A stretch of 64,000 nt of DNA from Schizochytrium sp. TIO01 (taxonomy: Eukaryota > Protista > Bigyra: Labyrinthulomycetes), in the NCBI GenBank assembly GCA_004764695.1, contig SMSO01000035.1, positions 3,050,040 to 3,114,039 of the forward strand, read 5' to 3'. Shown in pieces: positions 38,330-49,022 of this stretch (positions within the stretch are counted from its first letter, which is position 1; every line of letters begins with the position of its first letter). The position numbers and the translations under genes were made by a program. The notes beneath the pieces are model-generated. The model had not been told where the DNA came from. It ran no database searches and was given only the letters and a program-made list of their open reading frames with translations.

Positions 38330-39484
38330 TTAGCAGATCTCCTGGCAAAGCTCAATAAGTAAAGCACTATTCTCAGCAAGTCCAGATGGTGCTGTTGTGT
38401 TCACAGCTTGTCCAGAAGGACAATTCACAGTCAAAATACTTGATGTGGCGTAATAAGCAGTGACACCATAGTCTGAGCATTCGTCACAAGTCCACCACGG
38501 ATTCTTAGGAGGAAAAGGAACACATGAAAGATAACTGCACCACGAGCACCACTCTTCCGCTTCCACGCCAAGATAAAGAATCAGTAAAGATGCTGTAATC
38601 AGCAAGGGTGTAATGATAACTGCAATAACCTGTAAGACAATCTGGTATGTCTTGCGCTCTTTAAGTTCGCCCCAGCGGGTGTATCGGTTAGCCACTAGCA
38701 CACCAAAGCCAACAAGGACACCGGTCAGCAAGCCCGCAATGTGAGCAAAGTTATCTAAATAAGGCATTAAACCAATCAATAAGTTGATTGCAGTAGCAAA
38801 GAACAGGTTGAAGAAGACACACCATTGTCGACCATGATACAAGCTCCAGTTATGAATAAGATCGCTCCACCCGCTGCCAAAGAGGGCAAAGACTGCGCCC
38901 GAAGCTCCTACGCTGACAGTTGCAGGGCTCAGAATAGCACTCCACACCACGCCTTCAAAACCACCAACAAAGAGGATGAGAAAGGTTGCAAGACTACCAA
39001 ACTGCTTTTCCAAGGGAAATCCAATTTGCCATAGGCCAAACATGTTAAAAGCGTAGTGAATAACACCAGCATGGAGAAACATTGGTGCGATCAAACGATA
39101 CCACTGTCCAGCTAAAATCAGGTCGCCACGCTTTGCGCCTAGTTCAAGTAGAGTGTTCACCGAAACACCGACCGTCGGATTTACTGACATTGACTCCATT
39201 TTCCAGCCATTGGTCCAGAATTCAATAATGAGCATAACGCTGCAAGCTATTGCAAATAAGATGCACACGATCGGATAACCTGTCTTGAAGATGCTACTCG
39301 GACGGTCTAACTCATCCTCATCGAGATGAAAAGAACCATATGAAGATGAGGTGCGAAGAAATTTCTTATATTCCTTCGGCTCCAGATGCTCCGCTGTCTC
39401 TGCGGAGGTCAGAGGTTCTGTCATTGTTGCGTTTTCTGGTGCAGGCGTAGCCACGGGCGCTGCGGATCGTACTGTATTTGACAT
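38330..39484 (-). CDS. Rhomboid-family intramembrane serine protease, predicted active
   Basis: 384 aa. Shows the QWYRLIAPMFLHAGVIHYAFN motif, catalytic VGASG (Ser) and DNFAHIAG (His), multiple TM helices, and a Cys-rich C-terminus WCSWCSYLSCVP. Confidence 0.95.
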   Translation of the reverse strand: MSNTVRSAAPVATPAPENATMTEPLTSAETAEHLEPKEYKKFLRTSSSYGSFHLDEDELDRPSSIFKTGYPIVCILFAIACSVMLIIEFWTNGWKMESMSVNPTVGVSVNTLLELGAKRGDLILAGQWYRLIAPMFLHAGVIHYAFNMFGLWQIGFPLEKQFGSLATFLILFVGGFEGVVWSAILSPATVSVGASGAVFALFGSGWSDLIHNWSLYHGRQWCVFFNLFFATAINLLIGLMPYLDNFAHIAGLLTGVLVGFGVLVANRYTRWGELKERKTYQIVLQVIAVIITPLLITASLLILYLGVEAEEWCSWCSYLSCVPFPPKNPWWTCDECSDYGVTAYYATSSILTVNCPSGQAVNTTAPSGLAENSALLIELCQEIC

Positions 39485-41045
39485 TTGCTGCTTTGATGGA
39501 TGTCACTAGTTTTCCCCAAGAATAGTAATTTCCTACCCCCAAAAAGGCTCTCTCCTTCTAAACTCCAAAGTGAACTAGCCCTGCTCAGGACGCGCAGATA
39601 CCCTCCACGTGACCCGAATCTAGTCCCACGCAAATACTCTTCGAATACCACTTAAGCCCCGGCAGCGTCGTCCAGACTCACACCTCGAGTTTCCCCGAGT
39701 CTATAACGTTATTATTAATAGCACACAAAAGCAGGTAGCAATTTAAGACTCCCTGTCAACGGCAATGGTGCGGTACAAGGCGAGACCTTTTCAACCTCGC
39801 CGAGTGAAATCTGTTTATTGAGTGGCCGCTCCTGGTGTGCCGAAGCTTTCTTTGAAATGGTACTTTCTTTCCCTATTGAATGGCGGTTCTTATGATGCCA
39901 ATAGAATAAATGAGAACTTGGCCAACTCACCACTGCTTGAGCTCGAGGCGTCTGTCTCCACGTGCTCACGTAGGTTAAATAACAAGCAAACTTTGAAGCG
40001 GGTAGGAAATCAAGAAGCTTCCGTAGCGCTGAGTGGTCTTGGTGCCGGCGGAGAGCTCGTTTCTAAGCGATGAGGGAGACTTGGGAGTGCGAAGGAGACG
40101 CAGCTGCTGCTTGGGACTTTGCCAATCTCCAGCACGCCGTCCGCCTGCAAGTCTGCCTAACAGCCCCACCAAGAGAGCACTAGAAGCTCCAATCAAACCC
40201 TGAAGCTGCGCTGGACTAGCTCCGCACAACCGCTCCCACCGAGTCCCCGCAATCGCGCTTTGTTCGCCACGAAGAAGCCCTTAAGGCTTGAGTTTTCAAA
40301 ATCAAGCGATAATGAATGAACGAGTCAGAAAACCAAATTGTAGGAAATCATAATACATACTTCTTCATAACAGAAATCTCATAACTAACAATTTTCAAAC
40401 TTGAAGACAGACCCCCATAATATACGAAACACCCAAAGAACTTTTTAAAACACGCTGGTGCAGTAGAACCATCTACCCGGTCACTAGGCCCTCCGCGGAC
40501 ACGAGAGAGAGAGCACACCTTTTTTCCTGCCCTTTCTGCAGTAAAATTGCGCCTCTTTACTCGCACACATACTCCTTTTATGACCCCCCTTGCGCCGGCT
40601 TGCTCTGCTCTGACCGCGGCGATCGAGGGTATATGCGAGGACTTACCTCACAGCGGAAGGGTGCGGGTATTAGCGGCACGGGTCATCAAGCGGACCGCGA
40701 ATATACCAGACGCGGAGACCCCAAGCAGAACGGAGAAAGAAACCAAATTGCCATCTTCATTCGACCTCGCGTCTCCGACCGCCCACGATCGCTCGACTCC
40801 GGCGCGGAGGACCTGCGGGCCGAAGGCGGCTTGGCTCCCGTCTAGCCAGTCATCCATTCAGCCAGTCAGTCAGTCAGTCAGTCCCGCGCCTCCACGCCCA
40901 AGCAAGCTCCAAGCGCTGCGGACTGGCGAGCTAGCCGTTCGGGGGGCAGAGAATTAATTAATTAATGGGGCGCCATTATTGCCAAAACTAACGCACCCCT
41001 CGTCTCGCAGTGCTATAGAATCGGGTAGCTGGGGCCTATTAGTTC

Positions 41046-41089
41046 CAGGTGTGCTAGGTGATCCAGGTGATCCAGGTGATCCAGGTGAT
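41046..41089. repeat. 9-bp tandem repeat (CCAGGTGAT)n, about 4-5 units including degenerate ones
   Basis: caggtgtgctaggtgatccaggtgatccaggtgatccaggtgat. Confidence 0.8.
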
Positions 41090-43027
41090 TCAGCGCAACT
41101 CGAATGAGCGGTGATAATAGAGCGATGGAAATCCTTTTGAGGTTTGAAATGATGGACTGTGACGGTGAGAGAGACGACGCTTGCAATGCACCATCTTTGG
41201 GATGGGAGGGATTGGAGGCGGAGGCGAAGGCGAAGTGGCCTGGTTCTGCCGGGGTGGAAGCCAGGATGTATCGGTTTAGTGCACCGAGTGCCAGTGGGAA
41301 TGGATGAAGGTAACCGTAAGGCATTTCTTTCGGCGGCTTTACGAAACTGTGCGGGATATCTCCTCGCGTGGAGCAAGAGGGCTCTGCGTTGAGGTCGGTC
41401 GCACGGACTGAATGAGGATAGATAATTTCAACTGCGAAGTCTGGTCCTTTAGCTGTGAGCTGTCCTCGCCGCGCTGCAGGTTGTTGTAGGTAGTATTTGC
41501 GGAGGAAGAAGCAAAAGCAAAACGAAGAAGCGCCGAACTTGTCTAGCCTCAGTGTGGGTTGTCGGTCAGTCCTTCAATCCGGTCACGAAAAAAGAGATAT
41601 GCGATATACAGTTTGACAGCACACTGAGCATATGTCGTTCGCTTCTTCTCGCCCTGAAGTTGTTTTCAACTTATGCAGGCAGAGATTTGGTCTACCATGC
41701 ACATTGGATAGTTTTGGCCGCACCCCTCTTATTTTTTTTATAAACAAGACCCCCCATACTAACGGGAGTCTTGATTATTTACAAGACTATCACCTCACGC
41801 CAATATTTGCGTGTGATTTGGCTCTCAGTGATTGGGGAGAGGAAAGGTCTGCACCCTTTAGTTTTTTCAGACGCCTAGTCAAATCTATTACGGCTTTGCT
41901 GCCTCAACTTAAAATTGAAAAAAAAAAAAAAAAAAACGCAAATAAAATGATGGTGCTCAATGCAAAGTCAATGAGTTCACACATTTGCTTAAGATTTGGT
42001 TCTGTACAGAAATCAGTGTTTGAATTAGTTATTTTCTTCGGATGTCTAAGCAGCACTTGAATAGTCTTGTTCCCGCAAATTACATACAACAAAAGTACGT
42101 GGTGTGAGACCAAGCTCAGACAAAAAGGAAAAGAAACCAAGTGAGAGCAGGTAGTTTTGCCAAAACATGGAATAAGGATTCGAAAACCATGAAGACTTAT
42201 AGTCCCTGTTCATAAATCTTATAGAAAACTTCTCGCTTATTTTATTAATAAAAACTATGCAGCCACTGTATATATATGGGTGATGTAGATTGATGCTAAA
42301 ACTACGCGCTGCTTTCTGTGTAGGAAAAATATGTAGGAGCTCGGATCAGCAGGCCATTGCATAAATTTAATTCTATAATCGTTAATACAATAGCTTCAAG
42401 AAACTTTCAATCGCATTAATATTCTCAATAAAAAGAGCAATACAACAAACTCGTCAAATTTCTCTTTTGTTGCAAATTGGAAAACAAACCTTCTTCGTCC
42501 CTTTAATCCGGGTTTGTTGGGGCTTTCCACCCTAAGGACCCACATCTCGCAAGCCTCTTACGTTCTCTTCTGCTTTAATATCCCTGTCTCCCAGCATAGA
42601 TAGCCATCGTCGATTTGCATCTACACTCAAGGCCTTTCAGAGAGTAAGGACTCTCGCCTTTCTCTAGTGCCCCCTTTATTCCCGCTATCCCATATTTTCC
42701 CGACATCAAAAGGGTCTACCCGCCACCTTCATAGGTTCCAAATACACCCCCCATCATGATATTCGCTCGTAGTAGATTTCTGCTTTCGGGGGGTATTATG
42801 GGATTAAGTTAAGACGTTACTATTAAGCCATTTTAGTAAATAGGCCATAATAACTTCGCTCGTGTTGAGTGAACAAACGATCGTCTGGAGTCGCGCGGAT
42901 AGATAATCAAAGCTTTGTCGCGGGGCAAGCAACACAGACCGCAGCAGAACGTAGTCGAGGACTTTGATAGTTGGGCTTAAGTACACTTTAGGGTTGTTTT
43001 TAAACGTCACAAGGTTTCATAGCAAAG

Positions 43028-44136
43028 ATGGATCCCACAACCATGCCGCTCCAGCAGCTCCAGCAGCAGCGCAACGCCATGCAGCAGGTAAGTTAAGTCA
43101 CGAAGCCGTGTGAGCTTATCCTTGAAGCCCTCGGTAGATAATACCTAAGTTGATTTGGAGATTAACATGCGAATGGGAATGCTATCGTTATGATTCCGGT
43201 GTTGTGCGGGCGAATTGGGAATGATGATCTATTGTCTATCTGCGGCGGTTGCCTACCTTTGGGTTTGATTTTGACGTTGACTTTGACTTTGACTTTGACT
43301 TCAACAACGTTGAACCTGGCTTTAAAATCTTTCGTAAAAACATTGTTTCGGTTTACCTTGAATTTACGCGCAAACAGGAGCTCCAGGAGATGAAGACCCG
43401 TCACAGAAGCATGTTGACCGCAGCGAAGCGTTACCTTGAGTCCCTTCGCACCGTAGAGATGGTGGAAAACGCAGAACCTGGTATGTTGCTTTAACATGGG
43501 CTTCGACCTTACGGTGGTTTCGAGCACATTGGAATGATCAAACTGTGGTTTTTGATTGCTCGTTTCTGATCGCCTGAATGGAAAACTAATACTTACTGCT
43601 GTTTGATGTTCATCTTGAATTAAAATCGTGCTTGTCAACGCGTCTTTTTTAACGCTTTTCGCCTGGATACTCAAATCCTTTTTTTGGACACACAGGTCAG
43701 AAGATGTTGGTACCTATGAATGATTCTATTTTTGTGCCTGGTGAACTCAACGACACTGAGCATGTTACCGTGGAGATCGGCACGGGCTTCTTTGTAAAGC
43801 GCACAATTCCAGACGCCAAGGAGTACTTGGAACGCAAGGTAAGTGTGGCCAGACGCATGGTCAAGCGCGATTCTCGCAGCTCATTTTATGAGGAACAAGT
43901 GTAAGGATGTCGGAATGATTTTCACTAACTTGCAAGCTTTGCTCTTATTAATCTGCCTTTGGGTGGCTTGCTAAATCTATGTTCAACCAATACAGGTGAA
44001 GAATGTGAACCTCTATATTGAGCGCGTTGGTGTCAATATTCTCGCCCAAGAGAACAACTTGGCGCAAATTGACGAGATCTTCAGGGCTCGCGTTCAAATG
44101 GTCAAGCAGCAGGCTGACGGTAACGACCGGTCTTAA
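43028..44136 (+). CDS. PFDN5: Prefoldin subunit 5 (alpha-type), 4 exons: 43028-43087, 43378-43480, 43696-43838, 43996-44136 (148 aa)
   Basis: Splicing at GTAAGT/GTATGT/GTAAGT donors and CAG acceptors gives one 447-nt frame: MDPTTMPLQQLQQQRNAMQQ-ELQEMKTRHRSMLTAAKRYLESLRTVEMVENAEPG-QKMLVPMNDSIFVPGELNDTEHVTVEIGTGFFVKRTIPDAKEYLERK-VKNVNLYIERVG...*. It carries the alpha-prefoldin signature LVP..S.FVPG...V.IGTG.FV...A..Y..RK. A CTAAC branch-like site lies in intron 3. Confidence 0.92.
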
Positions 44137-44430
44137 GATGTTTGATTCACCTCTATTTCTTTTCTTCTCTTTTTTACAACAACAACAACAATAACTAGCT
44201 ATATACTTTGACTTCATTTAAAACACATACATTGTATTGAGAGTACTCGAGGATGCTAAAATGGATAAGATTATAACAGGAAGAGACTTAGTTCCCTCGA
44301 CAACTAGGAGGGAGTTGGCTTGCAGGCTCGTGTGATTATAGAACGATTACTTTTTATTGTTTCCACGTGTTCCGCTATTGCTTCTTTGGTTGAGCGTTGA
44401 ATCTTGCTTCTGCTTACTCGACGCGGTGAT

Positions 44431-46035
44431 TCAAAAGCAGTCTTGCTCTTTTGCCTCCATTTCCTTTGATTCAGGAGTTATTCTCACCTTACTCTCGCAA
44501 TCAATATCCGTCTTGCCCTCACAATCATTGTCCTCATGAGCCGGTGAACTATCTTCACTTGAAAAACTTTCGGACCGAGATGATCCGCTTCCCAAAATGC
44601 CAGTCGAAGGGCGTCGTGCTAACTTGAAGCGGGACTCAACAGCAAGCTGCTTTGTTGAGCTACCACCTTCAATTGAACTATTCGCGCGTGGAAATGCATT
44701 CTTGGGACGAACACGAAGCCATTTTTCATATACGCGACCTCGACCTCGAGGAGCATGCACAGGCCTCTGATCAATACGTTCAAATAAGCCGAGCTCTCTC
44801 AGATTTTCTTCACCAAAATATTCGCGACCAAGGATACTTACCAGATCTTTCGTCATGCGATCCAACAAAGTTCGATGCCAAGTATTCTGAACTCCCAAGA
44901 ATGGGTTAGTATTCGCTTCGATGAGCCAAGGCTTTAGCTCGTCGTCGAGAAGAATATCAAAGCCGAACAGTTCAAATTTCCGTATACCTGGCGTCGACAT
45001 GTTCATTTCTTTCATTGTTGCGCGAATGGCATCTAGAATTAGAGTTTGAAACCGGGGCACTAGATCTCGACTCACGTCAACACCTTGGTACTCTTGGCTC
45101 TCGTCAAGCATGGTTTGCAGGTCTGCAAACGATAACGTGTTCCCATCTTCAAATTGCCCAAGGCCTACACCTTTGCGCTGCAAACAATAATTCGTTAAAT
45201 GCGCAGTTGCATCGTGAAGAGTATCCATAGAGAAAGGCTCAGAGCAAGTGCGAAGATACCCTTCGCTGGCAACAAAAATCTTTTCTGAGTCAAGCACTAA
45301 ACCCCACATACGGATGTCGAATTTCCGCTTACCGTTTGGCCAAAGTAGTGGGTTTGCAATGTATTTTTGCACAATTACGCTGTCACCAGCCTTATCAATG
45401 TAGGCGGTAATATCATCAAGCGACGTAAAAACCTGAATGCCACGCCCGCAGTTGAGTGCTGACGGCTTACAGATCCAAGCAGAGCCGGGTTTCGTGGAAA
45501 GAACAGCACGCTTCAAAGATGGCCAAGATGAAGATGCAAAGGAAGTAATTACAAAAGTGCCTGGCAAAACTTCATCCACGTCAGTTCGACGCTGTGAATA
45601 GTACATAGAAAGGCTACGATGGAGACCGGCTTTCGTGCATAAACTTGAATTCCGTGGAAAGTGGTTTAAAACCGGCATTCGCGCATAATTTGGTACAACT
45701 GCATCGAATATTGTTCGGGCGTGAGGTTTCGTGCTACTGCGATACATTAGCGTAGGCTTCCACACAAGATCAATCTGTCCACGTTCCATGTGTTTGCGTA
45801 GAGCCGCTTCATCATCTGTCTGTCGTGAAGACGGTGCTAAAATCTCGCCTTGAAACTCTTGCGCAAAAGGCTCGAACGCTTCGCGAACAACGCTTGAATT
45901 TCCAGAAAACACTCCAATTACAAAGTTGTCCATTGGGCGAGATAACTCTGTAACCAATGAAGATGCTCCGGAGGACGGAGACAGGCATTTTCGATCTTTC
46001 GCAAGAAGGCCTTTCTTGCGCCTTGTTGTGAGCAT
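44431..46035 (-). CDS. Tubulin-tyrosine ligase-like (TTLL) ATP-grasp enzyme
   Basis: 534 aa. Motifs NHFP, WICKP...GRGI, IVQKYIANPLL, KFDIR, HLTN, FELFGFDILLD, PWLIEANTNP. Confidence 0.95.
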   Translation of the reverse strand: MLTTRRKKGLLAKDRKCLSPSSGASSLVTELSRPMDNFVIGVFSGNSSVVREAFEPFAQEFQGEILAPSSRQTDDEAALRKHMERGQIDLVWKPTLMYRSSTKPHARTIFDAVVPNYARMPVLNHFPRNSSLCTKAGLHRSLSMYYSQRRTDVDEVLPGTFVITSFASSSWPSLKRAVLSTKPGSAWICKPSALNCGRGIQVFTSLDDITAYIDKAGDSVIVQKYIANPLLWPNGKRKFDIRMWGLVLDSEKIFVASEGYLRTCSEPFSMDTLHDATAHLTNYCLQRKGVGLGQFEDGNTLSFADLQTMLDESQEYQGVDVSRDLVPRFQTLILDAIRATMKEMNMSTPGIRKFELFGFDILLDDELKPWLIEANTNPFLGVQNTWHRTLLDRMTKDLVSILGREYFGEENLRELGLFERIDQRPVHAPRGRGRVYEKWLRVRPKNAFPRANSSIEGGSSTKQLAVESRFKLARRPSTGILGSGSSRSESFSSEDSSPAHEDNDCEGKTDIDCESKVRITPESKEMEAKEQDCF

Positions 46036-49022
46036 TCTTACTCCTTCTCTTCAAATCTTTTTGCGTATTTGCACTTGACTTCTTGTCTTTATTTTCCAAA
46101 GGTACGGGAGTTCTTAGGACGTGCCCGGAAAATATACGTAAGAAATAACCAAGAAAATTGAATTAGACTTGAATGCAAAGGTTCTTTATATATCCTCAGA
46201 CTCTGTAAAACCAGCAGAGGGCTTCTATCGGTGAAGGCCTCGCTTGGGCAAGTCCTCTGCTCCTTACTTGCGTACTTCGAAACAACACCTCATGGAGTAG
46301 ACCCAAGCTAGAGTGACAAAGACAAAATGAAAACTCGAAGCTTGTTTCTCGTTTTGTATGCGAGCGGTTTGCTCCCAGGTCGCTTTGCCTCTTCAATTCT
46401 CCTGGCCTACTAGTACCTTTAGATACTGTTATGAATGCCTATGTCTTTCTTACAGAGTAGCGTTTAAAGCCGTGAATCTCACAATTACAATTTCTAATTC
46501 TATTGTTTTGTTTAGCTGAAGTAATACGTGATACTTTGGACACCCAGTGAACGCATGAATTTTGCTATTAAACTCGGCTCAATAGACGTAACGCGCCTTT
46601 GCAACCCATCGAGCTCTCGTCATTGAAACTTGGATGTCCGCTCATCGTTTGTTCGATTGAGGAAACCTTACATTTACGTAGACACGGATACGTACACCAG
46701 CATCGCTTGCTTGCCTTGACCCGAGTGCACCCTGTCCGCAAATTGCGTTCCCAAGCTGGCGAGAACCTCACTATCGCACCCCGGACCGATTTCTTCAATA
46801 GACATTGGCGTATCCTATTCGGCGTCGCCAAGAGATGACCCCATGACGCACTGAAAACAGCAATAACCGCTCTTGATACGACTTTCAGAATTATCAAGAA
46901 GCAGCAAGACCAGGTGAGAAGAAAGCTGTTGTACTAGGCACTAGAAAAGCCCGTCGCGAAAGAACAGAGCAACCCTGCCTAATTTCCAAATAGCAAGTCT
47001 TTCATTGCATTCATTCCTTTAGCCACCGTTTTAATTTTTTCAATTAAATGTAGGCTTCTTTTCGATATGTTGCTTGAAAAAAGGAGAAAGAGGAGAGAAG
47101 TTCTATGAGCTGAGAACAGCAATGATCTCTCGGTAAGATGTAATATGCATTGTATTAGGGTAACATGAGCATTTGCTAGCTTAGGAGGCGCGCGAACCAA
47201 GATAATTGATCAATGGAGCCCGTATTTAGGTTAAACGCAAAGCAAGAAATCGAGCTAATTTAGAAACCCAATAAAGTAGGTGAAATAGATAATGCCGGAC
47301 CTTCACTTCTGTTATTCCATTTCTAACTTGAAATACAGCAATGATGGATCTGAGAGTGACAAGATTCGTCAAATGCAATTCGAATGCAAGCAGCCTATTG
47401 TATTACCTTACTCACTCTCCATAGCAGAATCATCACTATTGCTAATATCGCTATAAAAATGCTATACGAGTGACTTGCAGGGTCGCAAAGTTCTACCGCA
47501 ATAGATATAACCTTGAACCACACAAGCGCACCCGACACATAGGCGAAAGGTAAGAGCCAATAAGCCAATCGACCTCGTTGGGCAAGCTATCAATGAAAGC
47601 AGACTCTAATTTTTATTTTTCACCTTGGCAATGGTCACTTATGAACAGAATAATTCATTTTTCAATTTTTAAAAAATGTGTAGGTAGGTAGAGAGAGAAA
47701 CGGTCAGGGAGCTAAAGTTCTAGGTAGGTACGAAAACGGCATAAAGCGCGATCCTCGAGCAAGAAAACGCAAGCATGAGGCATCCATTTGGCTTTAGCAG
47801 ATCTCATCAAGGACAACAAAATCAAGGTATTCATTCACCAAAGCCACTAACAATTCAGGCTTCGATACAATAGAAATGACTACGATGAAGAAGAAAATCC
47901 ATAACTTCATATCGCTCTGAATGAAGAATAATAATAATAAATCTGCCAACCCAAAAAGCGCAAACGCAAGTGACGAAAAACCTTTGTATGTATGAAAGAT
48001 CCTTGCTCGGAATCTTCAGAAAACTCACCGCTTCCCTACTCGAGCAAGGCTTTGCCAATCCTAAGACTGCTGAGATCTTGGGAAACACACCACCTACGAA
48101 CGAGCTTTTATAATGAACAGGAAACAAAACAGAAATATGTATTAATGTATCAATGTATTAATGTATTTATATACTTGTCTTTCAAAATCACTCAACAACA
48201 CCTCGACTAAGCACCCGGAAACGTCATCATATGATTTGAGGCCGCGCCTTAAAACTTCATAAGGAATACCGAGGCTCAAAGCATAGAATAAAGGGATGAA
48301 GACGGTGCAACTCATAGATCCGTTGATATCACTTCTTGCCTCAGGAGTTTATTTATTAGTTTTTTAATCACTATAAGCGGAGGTGCGGAGGTCTTAGGCA
48401 ACTTACTAAGTGCGCGATCGCAGCCATCATGATCACACGAATCGTAGGAAAAGAAGATGGTATGAAGGCCAAATGATCACGTAGCGTGGACGACGCCCAA
48501 TATGAATAAGCCTATCGACGCAGAGATGTGGCAGCTGGTTTATCTTTTATCGATCAATATTGTTGAAGGTAAAAGCACCACATCAGCGCGAGAAATTAAC
48601 GTTGGCCTGTGCTCACGGGTGGGCAACTTTAGAAACTGCTATGATAAACTATAAGACTAGTTTTCTTTTAAGTATGCGTAGTGCATGGTGGAAGCAAAGG
48701 CTTAGAGCAAGCCGAGCTTACGAAGGTTACATTTTGCAATGCAATTAGAGGTCCAAGGAGGAGTAAAGAACAGAGTTCTCCTTCCTTGCAAAACAGCTCA
48801 GGTTGCTGGGCGCTGCGAGTAATAAAGACATTCAACGAGGTGTTGTGCTGAGGCAGGAGAAAAAGGTAAACAGAGCAGTGCTGTATTTGTGTGAGGCAGC
48901 CAGCTTGTACTTCGTTGAAGGCAAACTAGCAGGATAGACAATTCAAGCCAAAGGTTTGCCAGATCTCGCATACAAAGAATCAGACCTGCTTAGAGAATAC
49001 CAAACAGAGCGTGGTGGCCACA

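Noticed and set aside
43162-43674. 170-aa minus-strand ORF
   Set aside because: Lies antisense across PFDN5 introns and exon 2. Its KVKVKV run comes from the intronic (TTTGAC)n repeat.
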